NCBI GenBank assembly: GCA_965221125.1
Contig: CBDCRW010000007.1
Location: forward strand, 512,001-576,000
From: Alphaproteobacteria bacterium
Lineage (GTDB): Bacteria; Pseudomonadota; Alphaproteobacteria; UBA828
Direction: 5' to 3'
DNA: 64,000 nucleotides
In this document: positions 29,835-40,180 of the stretch, piece after piece
Layout of the letters: every line of letters starts with the position of its first letter
How positions within the stretch are numbered: the stretch's first letter is position 1
Notes under the pieces: generated by a model
What the model saw: the letters and a program-made list of their open reading frames with translations, nothing else
What the model was told of the DNA's origin: nothing
Database searches by the model: none
Program-made: the position numbers and the translations under genes

Positions 29835-32321
29835 ATGCCTGAAATCCTGCGCGACGAGAGCGCCGACGCTGCCGACAAGCCGCTTCCGAGCCACGCGAGG
29901 GTGGTCGTCATCGGCGGCGGCGTGGTGGGCTGCTCGATCCTCTTCCACCTCGCGAAGTTCGGCTGGAAGGACGTGATCCTGCTGGAGCGCTCGGCGCTCA
30001 CCGCCGGCTCGTCGTGGCACGCGGCCGGGATGATCCACACGCTCTCCTCCGACCCCAACATCTCCCGCCTGCAGGGCTACACGATCAACCTCTACAAGGA
30101 GATCGAGGAGACCTCGGGGCAGTCCGTTGGCCTGAACAACACCGGCGGCCTCTACCTGGCGTCGACGCGGGACTGGTACGACTACCTGAAGCGGGAGCGC
30201 TCCAAGGCGCGCTACATGGGGCTCGACCAGGAGTTCATCTCGCCGAAGGAGGCCGCCGAGCGCCATCCGCTGATCGACCCGAGGCACTACTACGCCGCGC
30301 TCTGGGACGAGCTCGACGGCGACCTCGACCCCTCCGGCGCGACCTACGCCTTCGCCAAGTCCGCGCGCGTCCACGGCGCGCAGTACTTCACGCAGACGCC
30401 GGTGGTCGAGACCAGTCAGCGCGCGGACGGCTCGTGGGACGTGGTCACGCCGCGCGGCACGGTCAACGCGGAGCAGATCGTGAACTGCGGCGGGCTGTGG
30501 GCGCGCGAGGTCGGCGACATGGCGGGCGTGGCGCTGCCGGTGCAGCCCATGGAGCACCACTACCTCATCACCGAGCCGATCCCGGCGATCGTCGAGCGGA
30601 TGGGCGAGGGCGGCGCCGGCCGCCTGCCGGGCGGCATCGACTACGAGGCCAACATCTACTTCCGGCAGGAGCGGCACGGCATGCTGCTCGGCACCTACGA
30701 GCCCAAGTCGACGCCGTGGAACGTCTCCGGCACGCCCTTCGATTTCGGCCAGGAGCTGCTGCCGCCCGACCTCGACCGCATCGCCGACCGGCTGGAGATG
30801 TCGTTCGAGCGCATACCGGCGTTCGGCGAGGCCGGGATCAAGGACATCATCTGCGGCCCCTTCACCTTCGGCCCCGACGGCAACCCCATGATCGGCCCGG
30901 TGCCGGGGGTGAGGAACTACTGGGTGGCGGTCGGCGTCATGGCCGGCTTCTGCCAGGGCGGCGGCGTCGGGCGCAGCATCGCCGAGTGGATGATCGACGG
31001 CGAGCCTTCCATCGACGTGTGGGCCATGGACATCGCCCGCTTCGGCGAGTTCGCGACGCCCGAGTGGGGCACGGTCAAGTCGGCGGAGAACTACGAGCGC
31101 CGCTTCGTGATGACCTTCCCCAACGAGACCCTGCCGAAGGGCCGGCGCCAGAAGACCACCGCGCTCTACGACCGGCTTCTCGCCAAGGGCGCGGTCATGG
31201 ACCAGGGTTTTGGGCTGGAGCACGCGCTCTGGTTCGCCGACGGGCCCGAGGACGCCCACGAGGATCCCTCCTTCCGCCGCTCCCGCGCCCACGACTACGT
31301 GGCAGAGGAGGTGAAGGCGGTACGCGAGGCCGTGGGCTGCATCGAGATCGCCAACTACTCCAAGCACGAATTCACCGGCCCCGGCGCGCGCGCCTTCCTG
31401 GATCGGGTGCTGGCCGGGCGCGTGCCGAAGCGGGGCCGCCTCACGCTCACGCCGATGCTGACGGAGCAGGGCAAGCTCTACGGCGACCTCACCGTCGCCT
31501 GCCTCGCCGAAGACCACTTCATGGTGTTCGGCTCGGGCGCGATGCAGGAGGCGCACCGGCGTTGGTTCGAGCAGCGCCTCGGCACGGGCGTCGACTACCG
31601 CAACCGCTCGGACGACCTGCACGGCATCGGCGTCTCGGGGCCGAACGCGCGCGATCTGCTGGCGCGGATCACCCGTGCCGACGTGTCGGCCGACGCCTTC
31701 CGCTTCCGCGACATCCGCCGGATGTTCGTGGGCGGCGTGCCGGTCATCGTCTCCCGGCTCAGCTTCTCCGGCGAGCTCGGCTACGAAATCTATGTCGCGC
31801 CGCAGTTCCAGATCGCGCTGGCGGAGGCGGTCGAGGAGGCGGGCGCGGACCTCGGGCTGCGCTGGTACGGCGCGCGCGCGCTGATGTCGCTCCGGCTGGA
31901 GAAGGCCTGGGGCGTCTGGACGCTCGACTATCGGCCCGACTTCACGGCGGCGGAAAGCGGCCTCGACGCCTTCATCCAGTGGGACAAGGAGTTCGTCGGC
32001 AAGGCTGCGGCCGAGGCGGAGCGGAAGGCGGGGCCGGGCAGGCGCCTGGTGCCGCTCGTCATCGACTCGCCGACGATCGACGGCGAGCCCATCGACGTCT
32101 CGAACGACGAGGCGATCCTGCGAGAAGGCGCGGCGGTGGGCTACGTCAGCTCCGGGGGCTACGCGCACCACGTGGGGCAGTCCATGGCGCTGGGCTACGT
32201 GCCTTCGGAATTCGCAACGACGGACGAGCGCTTCGATGTGGAAATACTGGGCGAGATGTTCCCGGCACGGGTTCACGCCGCGCCGCTCTACGACCCCAAC
32301 GGCGGGCGGATGCGGAGCTGA
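29835..32321 (+). CDS. GcvT-family FAD-dependent oxidoreductase (dimethylglycine dehydrogenase-like)
   Basis: IGGGVVG, LTAGSSWHAAG, GPFTF.PDG, SFSGELGYEI, SLRLEK, C-terminal YDP.G.RMRS. Confidence 0.92.
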   Translation: MPEILRDESADAADKPLPSHARVVVIGGGVVGCSILFHLAKFGWKDVILLERSALTAGSSWHAAGMIHTLSSDPNISRLQGYTINLYKEIEETSGQSVGLNNTGGLYLASTRDWYDYLKRERSKARYMGLDQEFISPKEAAERHPLIDPRHYYAALWDELDGDLDPSGATYAFAKSARVHGAQYFTQTPVVETSQRADGSWDVVTPRGTVNAEQIVNCGGLWAREVGDMAGVALPVQPMEHHYLITEPIPAIVERMGEGGAGRLPGGIDYEANIYFRQERHGMLLGTYEPKSTPWNVSGTPFDFGQELLPPDLDRIADRLEMSFERIPAFGEAGIKDIICGPFTFGPDGNPMIGPVPGVRNYWVAVGVMAGFCQGGGVGRSIAEWMIDGEPSIDVWAMDIARFGEFATPEWGTVKSAENYERRFVMTFPNETLPKGRRQKTTALYDRLLAKGAVMDQGFGLEHALWFADGPEDAHEDPSFRRSRAHDYVAEEVKAVREAVGCIEIANYSKHEFTGPGARAFLDRVLAGRVPKRGRLTLTPMLTEQGKLYGDLTVACLAEDHFMVFGSGAMQEAHRRWFEQRLGTGVDYRNRSDDLHGIGVSGPNARDLLARITRADVSADAFRFRDIRRMFVGGVPVIVSRLSFSGELGYEIYVAPQFQIALAEAVEEAGADLGLRWYGARALMSLRLEKAWGVWTLDYRPDFTAAESGLDAFIQWDKEFVGKAAAEAERKAGPGRRLVPLVIDSPTIDGEPIDVSNDEAILREGAAVGYVSSGGYAHHVGQSMALGYVPSEFATTDERFDVEILGEMFPARVHAAPLYDPNGGRMRS

Positions 32322-32536
32322 CATGAACCGGGCGTGCGCTCTCGCTCGGACAGGCCCGGCGAGCCGAGGCACCATGGTAACGTTCGGGCCGTTCGGCCGG
32401 AGGGGCGACAGGGCATCCGCCATGGGTTAGGCTTGGCGGACCAGTTCGGTTTCGGCAGGGAGAAAGCGGCCGCGCGTATCTGTCCCGAGATCGGTGCGGC
32501 GGTGGAGGCAACGGGCAACATTCGGAGGATCTACAG

Positions 32537-34267
32537 ATGAAAGACAAGAAAGTGCTAAGCCGCGATCCGCGGCGGTACACGCTGCCGTCGGAGCGCGCCC
32601 TGGGTGCGGAAACGCATTCCTACATGCCGGAGCTCTGCGACCAGTTGCAGACCGGCAAGATCAACCGGCGCGACTTCCTGCGTCAGGCGGCGCTGCTCGG
32701 CGTGGCGACCGGCACGGTCTATGCCATGGCCGACAAGCTGGTCGGCGGTGGCGACGTGACCGGATCGGCGATGGCCGACGAGATGCCCAAGGCGGGCGGC
32801 ACGCTCAAGGTCTCGATGCGCGTGCAGGAGATGACCGACCCGGCGACCTTCCCCTGGACGGAGAGGTCGAACGTCTCGCGCCTCATGGTGGAGTATCTGA
32901 CCAGGACTCAGTCGGACAACGTCACGGTCCCTTACCTTGCCAAGAGTTGGGAAGCCTCCGATGACCTCACGACATGGGTCTTCCACCTGAACGAGGGCAT
33001 CACCTGGTCGAACGGCGATGCCTTCACTTCGGCGGACGTCGCTCATACGGTCAACCGCTGGCTCGACCCGGCAGTCGGCTCATCGAACCTTGGGCTCTTC
33101 GGCGCCATGGTCGAGGAGGGCGAGGACGGCCAGCCGCGGGGCATCGCGGGCGCGGTGGAGGTGATCGACGACCACACCATCCAGTTCAACCTGAAGCAGC
33201 CCGCTCTGGCCATGCCGGAGAATTTCTACAACTACCCGACCGCCATCGTGCATCGGGGCTTCGGCGTGGACTACGAGGCCGATCTTTCGCAGAACCCCAT
33301 CGGCACCGGCCCGTTCGAGATGGCAGAGTACGCGCTCGGCGAAAGGGCCATCATGCGGAAGGTGCGCGACTGGTGGGCCGGGCCGTTCTACCTCGATGAG
33401 ATCCACTACTTCGACCACGGCGAGGACACCAACGCCTGGATCGCGGCGCTCGCGTCGCAGCAGGTGGACATGGTCTTCCGCCTGCCCAATAACCTCATCG
33501 ATGCGGCGGAGGCTCTGCCGTTCGTGAACCTTCATCCGGTGACGACGGCGCAGACCGCTGTCATGAGGTTCCGGATCACGGAGGCACCTTTCGACAATCT
33601 CAAGCTGCGCCAGGCGGTCGTGGCCTGCATGGACCACCAGGAGATCCTGGACAAGGCGTTCCAGGGCCGGGGTCAGATTGCCGAGAACCATCATGTCTGT
33701 CCCATCCATCCCGAGTACGCGACGCTGCCGCCGCTCACGCGGGACGTCGAGAAGGCCAAGGCGCTGCTGGCGGAGGCCGGTTACGCCGACGGGATCACCC
33801 TGGAGATCGCCAATGGCGACACAGAGGGCCCGTGGATGACCGATGCCTGCGCGATCTTCAAGAACCAGGCGGCGCCGGCAGGCATCAACATCAACATCAA
33901 CAAGATGCCGGCCAATCAGTACTGGGAGGTCTGGGACAAGGCGCCGTGGGGCTATACGGCGTGGACCCATCGCCCGCTCGGCACGATGGTGCTGGGGCTC
34001 GCCTACCGCAAGGGCGTGCCGTGGAACGAGGTCGCCTACGACAATCCGGCCTTCGATGCGGCGCTCGACGATGCGGAAGCCACGCTCGACGTGGGCGAGC
34101 GTAGAAAGAAGATGGAGGTCTGCCAACAGCTTCTGCAGGACGATGCAATCATCCCGCAGCCCTTCTGGCGCTCTGTCTACAAGGCGGCAAACAAGCGGGT
34201 GAAGGGCCACCAGACCCACCCGACGCTGTACCACCAGTTCCACAACGTGTGGTTGGACGACGCGTAA
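32537..34267 (+). CDS. Family 5 (peptide/opine-type) ABC substrate-binding protein
   Basis: NRRDFLR Tat motif, P.LA.SWE.S.D, W.F.L..G..W, PIGTGPF. Start uncertain (32537 or about 32624). Confidence 0.92.
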   Translation: MKDKKVLSRDPRRYTLPSERALGAETHSYMPELCDQLQTGKINRRDFLRQAALLGVATGTVYAMADKLVGGGDVTGSAMADEMPKAGGTLKVSMRVQEMTDPATFPWTERSNVSRLMVEYLTRTQSDNVTVPYLAKSWEASDDLTTWVFHLNEGITWSNGDAFTSADVAHTVNRWLDPAVGSSNLGLFGAMVEEGEDGQPRGIAGAVEVIDDHTIQFNLKQPALAMPENFYNYPTAIVHRGFGVDYEADLSQNPIGTGPFEMAEYALGERAIMRKVRDWWAGPFYLDEIHYFDHGEDTNAWIAALASQQVDMVFRLPNNLIDAAEALPFVNLHPVTTAQTAVMRFRITEAPFDNLKLRQAVVACMDHQEILDKAFQGRGQIAENHHVCPIHPEYATLPPLTRDVEKAKALLAEAGYADGITLEIANGDTEGPWMTDACAIFKNQAAPAGINININKMPANQYWEVWDKAPWGYTAWTHRPLGTMVLGLAYRKGVPWNEVAYDNPAFDAALDDAEATLDVGERRKKMEVCQQLLQDDAIIPQPFWRSVYKAANKRVKGHQTHPTLYHQFHNVWLDDA

Positions 34268-34273
34268 ACAGTG

Positions 34274-34313
34274 AGCGGCGCGGGCGTCTCCGGGCTCCCG
34301 CGCCGCGTCTTTC
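34274..34313 (+). terminator. GC-rich hairpin after the substrate-binding gene
   Basis: GCGGCGCGGG ... CCCGCGCCGC followed by GTCTTT. Confidence 0.5.
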
Positions 34314-34365
34314 CACCGCGGAGAACCGGGCGCGTGTGGGCATTGTCTGACGGTCGGAGACCGAT

Positions 34366-35298
34366 ATGGTCCAACTGATCGTAAGGCGCATCGGCATGAT
34401 GATCCTCATCATGCTGGTCGTCGCGCTACTGCTGTTCCTTATCAACGAGGGCGATCCCCGTCTCATCGCTCGCAGCATTCTCGGTCCCTACGCGCAGGAC
34501 CAGCAGCTCGACGCCTGGGTCATCGAGAATGGTTACGACCGCTCGGTGATTGTCCGTTACTTCGAATGGCTCGGCCGAATATTCGCCGGCGATCTCGGTG
34601 AGTCTGTCATCTACAAACGGCCTGTCAGCGAGATTTTCTGGGACCGCCTCGGCAACACCGGCATCCTCGCCGGCATCACCTTCGTTATCATGGTTCTGAT
34701 CGCGCTGACGCTGGGCGTGCTGGCGGGCATGAAGGAAGGCTCGCCGCAGGACCGCGTGATCTCGGTCTTCTCGATCATCACCACCTCGATCCCGGAATAC
34801 GCCAGCGCGGTCTTCCTCGTCGGCATCTTCGTCTTCTGGCTCGGCATACTGCCGGGCACCTCGTCGATGACGTCCGGGTTCGACCCGGTCCAGATGATCC
34901 TGCCTGTACTTGTGCTGACGCTATACGGCTTCGGCTACATCGCGCGGATGACGCGCGCGTCGATGGCCGAGGTGATGACCACGCCCTACATCCGAACGGC
35001 CGTGCTCAAGGGTCTGCCCTACCGGCACATCATCATGAAGCACGCGCTGCGGAACGCGCTGATCGCGCCGTTTACCGTGATCATGCTGCAGATCAACTGG
35101 CTGCTGTCCGGCGTGGTCGTGACCGAGTTCGCCTTCGGCTACAAGGGATTCGGCGCGCTGCTGCTGGAGGCGGCGCTCCGGCGCGACATCTTCGTCATCG
35201 AGGCCTGCGGCGTCGCGGCGGTCTTCGTCGCGGTCTTTACGCAGACCGTCGGCGATCTCGGCTACACCTATCTGAACCCGAGGATCAGGTTCAAGTGA
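34366..35298 (+). CDS. ABC permease (DppB type)
   Basis: GDLGES, S.PE, R.TRASM.EV, YIRTA..KG, HALRNA, NPRI. Confidence 0.94.
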   Translation: MVQLIVRRIGMMILIMLVVALLLFLINEGDPRLIARSILGPYAQDQQLDAWVIENGYDRSVIVRYFEWLGRIFAGDLGESVIYKRPVSEIFWDRLGNTGILAGITFVIMVLIALTLGVLAGMKEGSPQDRVISVFSIITTSIPEYASAVFLVGIFVFWLGILPGTSSMTSGFDPVQMILPVLVLTLYGFGYIARMTRASMAEVMTTPYIRTAVLKGLPYRHIIMKHALRNALIAPFTVIMLQINWLLSGVVVTEFAFGYKGFGALLLEAALRRDIFVIEACGVAAVFVAVFTQTVGDLGYTYLNPRIRFK

Positions 35299-36200
35299 GC
35301 GACGTGCCCCGCATGAGCCCTGCCAGCACGCCGCTCAGCCGGCTCGGCGCGAGTTTCTCGGCGTCCCTCAAGCCTGTCCTTCTGCTTCGGGAGAGCCCGG
35401 TCGGCATTGTCGGGGGCGGAATCGTCCTCGGTTTCGTGATCCTGGCGATCTTCGCCGAGTACATCGCGCCCTTCGATCCCAATGCGACGATGGTGCCCTT
35501 CACTTTTCCCGGTGCGGAAGCGCCGGACGGGGGCATCTTCCTGCTCGGCACCGACCATCTCGGCCGAGACATCCTGTCGAGAATTATCTTCGGCGGTCAG
35601 CGGGTGCTCTTCTACGCGACCGTTGCCACCGCCGCCGCCTATGTCGTGGGCATCCTCATGGGCCTCGCGGCGGGCTACTTCCGGGGCTACCTGGACGAAC
35701 TCCTGTCGTTCGTCGCGAACGTCATTCTCTCCTTCCCCATCATGGTGCTCTACGTGCTGATCATCGCGAAGGTCGGCGCGTCGGGGATCAACATCATCTT
35801 CGCGGTCGTGTTCGCGTCCTCGCCCGGCATCATGCGCATCGTGCGGGGCGTGACCATGGACATCGCGACCCGCGACTACATCGCCGCCGCCCAGACCCGG
35901 GGCGAGGGGCCCTGGTACATCATGCTGATGGAGATCCTGCCCAATGCGCGGGGGCCGCTGATCGTCGATTTCTGCCTGCGCATGGGCTACACGACCATCA
36001 CCATCGGGGCGCTCGGCTTCCTCGGCCTCGGCCTGCCGCCGCCGGATCCCGACTGGGGCGGCATGATCACCGAGACCCGCGCCTTCGTCTCCGGCGGCTT
36101 CCCCCACATGGCGATCCTGCCGGCCTGCGCCGTCTCCCTGCTGGTGCTCGGCTTCAACCTGCTGGCGGACGGCCTGCGCGAAGTGTCGCTGAAGGACTAG
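35295..36200 (+). CDS. ABC permease (DppC type)
   Basis: LGTD.LGRDILSR, EILPN, LGFLGLG..PP.PDWG, FNLLADGLR. Confidence 0.94.
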   Translation: MSDVPRMSPASTPLSRLGASFSASLKPVLLLRESPVGIVGGGIVLGFVILAIFAEYIAPFDPNATMVPFTFPGAEAPDGGIFLLGTDHLGRDILSRIIFGGQRVLFYATVATAAAYVVGILMGLAAGYFRGYLDELLSFVANVILSFPIMVLYVLIIAKVGASGINIIFAVVFASSPGIMRIVRGVTMDIATRDYIAAAQTRGEGPWYIMLMEILPNARGPLIVDFCLRMGYTTITIGALGFLGLGLPPPDPDWGGMITETRAFVSGGFPHMAILPACAVSLLVLGFNLLADGLREVSLKD

Positions 36201-36208
36201 GAGGCGAT

Positions 36209-38320
36209 ATGACCGACCAAGGCTCCGATCCTCCGGTCCTCGAGATCAACGGCCTCTGCCTCAGCTACTACACCCGCGCCGGCGAGGTGCCGGCGGTCTA
36301 CGACTTCGACCTCACCGTGGCCAAGGGGGAATCGGTGGGGCTCGTGGGCGAATCCGGCTGCGGCAAGTCCACCGTCGCCAACGGCATCATGCGCTACATG
36401 GGGCACAACGGCGACATCGTCGGCGGCACCATCAGGTTCAAGGGCCGCGACATGGCCGAGATGTCCGAGGAGGAGATCCGCCGCGTGCGCGGCAAGGACA
36501 TCGCCATGATCTACCAGGAGCCCATGGCGTCGCTCAACCCGAGCCTGACCATCGGCCAGCAGCTCATGGAAGTGCCGATGATCCACGAGGGGGCGAGCCG
36601 GGCCGAGGCCTTCGAGCGCGCCCACGACATGCTGGCGGCGGTGCACATCCCGGACCCGAACCGCCTGATGATCTCGTATCCGCACCAGGTCTCCGGCGGC
36701 CAGCAGCAGCGCGTGGTGATCGCCATGGCGCTGCTCTCGCGGCCGGCGCTGCTGCTGCTCGACGAGCCGACGACGGCGCTCGACGTGACGGTGGAGGCGG
36801 GCATCGTCGAGCTGATCGCCGAGCTCAGCCGCCAGACCGGCTCGTCGCTGCTCTACATCTCCCACAACCTCGGCCTGATGCTCGAGGTCTGCGACCGCAT
36901 CTGCGTGATGTATTCCGGCGAGGTGGTGGAGGAGGGGACGATCGATTCGATCTTCTCCTGGCCCAAGCACCCCTACACGCAAGGGCTCTTCGGCTGTATC
37001 CCGCTGCCGCACGCCGACAAGAACGCGCGCCCCCTCGTTTCCATCAAGGGCCAGCTGCCGCTGCCGCACGAGCGGCCCGAGGGCTGCAACTTCGGCCCAC
37101 GCTGCGGCTTCTTTCAGGGCGGGAAGTGCGACACGGGCCTGATCCCGATGGAGGGCGTGCACACGGACGACGATCCTGCCCATCGCGTGCGCTGCGAGCG
37201 CTGGAACGAGATCGACGTCTCCGAAGTGGTGCGCGTCGACGAGAGCCGCGAGCCCATCGCGGTCGGCGAGACGGTTCTCGAGGTCGCCGACATGCGCAAG
37301 TACTACAAGGTGCGCGACCGCTCGCTGGCGGCGCTCGTCTCGGGCGGCGCCGTGCGGGAAGTGAAGGCGAACGAGAGCATCAGCTTCCGCGCGGGCGAGG
37401 GCGAGACGGTCGCCATCGTGGGCGAATCCGGCTGCGGCAAGTCCACCTTCGCCAAGGTGCTGATGGGGCTGGAGACCGCGACCGACGGCGCGGTCACGCT
37501 GGACGGGACCGACCTCGGCAGCATTCCGGTCAACAAGCGCACGGCGGCGCAGCTCTCCTCGCTGCAGATGGTGTTCCAGAATCCCAACGACACGCTCAAC
37601 CCGTCCCACTCCGTCGGCTACCAGATCGGCCGGGTGATCAAGCGCTTCGGCATCGAACGCGATTCGATCAAGCGTCGGGAGCTGGTGTACGAGCTGCTGG
37701 ATACGGTGAAGCTGCCGCGCGAATTCATGACGCGGAAGCCGCGCCAGCTCTCCGGCGGGCAGAAGCAGCGCGTCGGCATCGCCCGCGCCTTTGCCGGCAA
37801 ACCGAAGACGGTGATCGCGGACGAGCCGATCTCGGCGCTGGACGTCTCGGTGGCGGCGGCGGTGACGGAGCTGCTGATGGACATCCAGCGCGAGCACCGC
37901 ACCACGCTGCTCTTCATCAGCCACGATCTCTCCGCCGTGCGCTATCTCTCGGACCGCGTGGTGGTGATGTACCTCGGCCAGATCATGGAGCGCGGCTCGA
38001 CGGAGCAGATCTTCGCGCCGCCCTATCATCCCTATACCGAGGCGCTGCTCTCCGCCGTGCCGATCGCGGACCCCGAGATCGAGCGGCGGCGCATCGTCCT
38101 GGAAGGCTCGCTGCCGAGTCCGCTCGACCCGCCCAAGGGGTGCCCGTTCTCCACGCGGTGCCCGCGCAAGCTCGGCGCCATCTGCGAGGAGGAGGCGCCG
38201 CCGCTGCAGACCAACGCCGAGCGCCACGTCATCGCCTGCCACATCCCGCTCGATGAGCTGCGCGAGGTCGAGCCCGTGATCTCCATTCCCGACCGCGACG
38301 AAGTCCACGCCGCCCAGTGA
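36209..38320 (+). CDS. Fused double ABC ATPase (DppD/DppF type)
   Basis: Two GESGCGKST Walker A motifs, two SGGQ signatures, two HPYT/GC.F..RC tails. Confidence 0.95.
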   Translation: MTDQGSDPPVLEINGLCLSYYTRAGEVPAVYDFDLTVAKGESVGLVGESGCGKSTVANGIMRYMGHNGDIVGGTIRFKGRDMAEMSEEEIRRVRGKDIAMIYQEPMASLNPSLTIGQQLMEVPMIHEGASRAEAFERAHDMLAAVHIPDPNRLMISYPHQVSGGQQQRVVIAMALLSRPALLLLDEPTTALDVTVEAGIVELIAELSRQTGSSLLYISHNLGLMLEVCDRICVMYSGEVVEEGTIDSIFSWPKHPYTQGLFGCIPLPHADKNARPLVSIKGQLPLPHERPEGCNFGPRCGFFQGGKCDTGLIPMEGVHTDDDPAHRVRCERWNEIDVSEVVRVDESREPIAVGETVLEVADMRKYYKVRDRSLAALVSGGAVREVKANESISFRAGEGETVAIVGESGCGKSTFAKVLMGLETATDGAVTLDGTDLGSIPVNKRTAAQLSSLQMVFQNPNDTLNPSHSVGYQIGRVIKRFGIERDSIKRRELVYELLDTVKLPREFMTRKPRQLSGGQKQRVGIARAFAGKPKTVIADEPISALDVSVAAAVTELLMDIQREHRTTLLFISHDLSAVRYLSDRVVVMYLGQIMERGSTEQIFAPPYHPYTEALLSAVPIADPEIERRRIVLEGSLPSPLDPPKGCPFSTRCPRKLGAICEEEAPPLQTNAERHVIACHIPLDELREVEPVISIPDRDEVHAAQ

Positions 38321-38324
38321 CCCC

Positions 38325-39533
38325 ATGAGCACGGTGCCGCCGGCGCCCGACGAGACGGCTCTCCGGCTGGGCCGGCTCGCCCGCTTGCGCGCGGAGATGG
38401 CGCGGCTGGATTTTGCGGCGCTGGTGCTGACCGACCCGCACAACGTCCGCTACGCCACCGGCGCGCGGAACATGCTGCCCTTCGTGCTGCGCAACCCGGC
38501 CCGCTACGTGTTCGTGCCGCAGGAAGGGCCCGTCATCCTGTTCGAGTTCGCGGGCTGCGAGCACCTGGAGCGGGACAATCCGGCGATCGACGAGATCCGA
38601 GTTTCGACGACGGTCTCCTACGTGGCGCGCGGGCCGCTGCTGGACGAGACGGCGAAGGCCTGGGCGCGGGAGATCGCCGCGCTGATGCGCCGGCACTGTC
38701 CGGGCGAGACGCGGATCGGGCTGGAGCGGATCGATGCGCGCGCCGTGGGCTACCTGGCGGAGATGGGGTTTGCGATCCTCGACGCGCAGGCGCCGGCGGA
38801 GAGGGCGCGCTCCGTCAAGACGCCGGAGGAAATCGCCTGCTCGCGGCGCTCGATGGCGTCCGTCATGGCGGCGGAACGGGCGCTGCAGGATGCGGCGCGG
38901 CCGGGGATCACGGAGAACGCGCTCTGGGCGGAATTCCATCGCCACGTCATCGCCAACGACGGGGACTACGTGGAGACCCGGCTGCTCAGCTCGGGCGCGA
39001 GAACCAACCCCTGGTTTCAGGAGACCGGCACGCGCACGATCCAGGCCGGCGAGCTGATCGCCCACGATACCGACGTCATCGGACCGCACGGCTATTACGT
39101 CGACTTCTCGCGGACCTTCCTCTGCGGCGATGGCCGGCCGACCCCGGAGCAGCGAACGCTCCACCGGCTTGCTTACGAGCAGATCCAGCACAACATGGCG
39201 CTGATCGCGCCGGGGCGGACGTTCCGCGAGATCACGGAGGCGGCCTGGACGATCCCCGAGCCCTATTACGCGAGACGGTACTACCTGATGATTCACGGCA
39301 TCGGCGCCGCGGGCGAGTATCCCTACATCGTGTACGAAGCCGACTACGACGGCGGGCAGGACTACGACGGCATCGTCGAACCCAACATGACGCTCTGCAT
39401 CGAGAGCTTCATCGGTCGCGAGGACGGCGGCGAGGGCGTGAAGCTGGAGGAGCAGGTCCTGGTCACGGAGAGCGGGATCGAGCCGATGAGCACGTTCCCC
39501 TTCGACGAAAGGCTGCTCGGCCGCGAGATCTGA
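38325..39533 (+). CDS. M24-fold protein, DddP-like paralogue 1
   Basis: DP.NVRYATG, ETRLLSSG.RTNPWFQE, HDTD, VDFSRT, HGIG, CIES, KLEEQ. Confidence 0.85.
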   Translation: MSTVPPAPDETALRLGRLARLRAEMARLDFAALVLTDPHNVRYATGARNMLPFVLRNPARYVFVPQEGPVILFEFAGCEHLERDNPAIDEIRVSTTVSYVARGPLLDETAKAWAREIAALMRRHCPGETRIGLERIDARAVGYLAEMGFAILDAQAPAERARSVKTPEEIACSRRSMASVMAAERALQDAARPGITENALWAEFHRHVIANDGDYVETRLLSSGARTNPWFQETGTRTIQAGELIAHDTDVIGPHGYYVDFSRTFLCGDGRPTPEQRTLHRLAYEQIQHNMALIAPGRTFREITEAAWTIPEPYYARRYYLMIHGIGAAGEYPYIVYEADYDGGQDYDGIVEPNMTLCIESFIGREDGGEGVKLEEQVLVTESGIEPMSTFPFDERLLGREI

Positions 39534-39535
39534 AC

Positions 39536-40180
39536 ATGGGGACGCTGTTTCCGCCTCTGCCGCCCGGCCCGTTCGACATCGTCTACGCTGACCCGCCGTG
39601 GGACTACAAGGGGCAGCTCCAGCACGCGGGCGAAGGCAGCGGGGATACCGGCGGCGCGGCCAGGCACTATCCGACCGTGACGCTGGACGACCTCAAGACG
39701 CTGGGTGTCCGAAGCATAGCGGCCGAGGACTGCCTGCTCTTCATGTGGGCGACCAATCCGCACCTGGATCAGGCGATCGACCTGGGCAAGGCCTGGGGCT
39801 TCGCCTGGGCCACGGTCGCCTTCGTCTGGGACAAGGAGAGGGTGAACCCCGGCTTCTACACCATGAGCCAGTGCGAGCTCTGCCTCGTGTTCAAGAGGGG
39901 GAAGATCCCGTCCCCGCGCGGCGCGCGGAACGTGCGCCAGCTCGTCACCGCCCGGCGCGAGGCGCACTCGCAGAAACCCGACGAGGTGCGGTTGCGGATC
40001 GAGAGGATGTTCCCTCGTCTGCGGAAGATCGAGCTGTTCGCACGCGAGCAGGGCGGGCGCGGCCCGGCCGACGGCGGCTGGCAGACATGGGGGGTCGACG
40101 CGAATGACACGCGAGCGCCCGCAGGGGCACGAAGGCTGGCAACCCAGGGCTTCCATGAGAGGGAAGGAGCCAAACCATGA
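39536..40180 (+). CDS. MT-A70-family adenine methyltransferase
   Basis: IVYADPPW, HYPT, LFMWAT, WGF...T..FVW.K, HS.KP, KIELFAR, W..WG. Confidence 0.92.
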   Translation: MGTLFPPLPPGPFDIVYADPPWDYKGQLQHAGEGSGDTGGAARHYPTVTLDDLKTLGVRSIAAEDCLLFMWATNPHLDQAIDLGKAWGFAWATVAFVWDKERVNPGFYTMSQCELCLVFKRGKIPSPRGARNVRQLVTARREAHSQKPDEVRLRIERMFPRLRKIELFAREQGGRGPADGGWQTWGVDANDTRAPAGARRLATQGFHEREGAKP

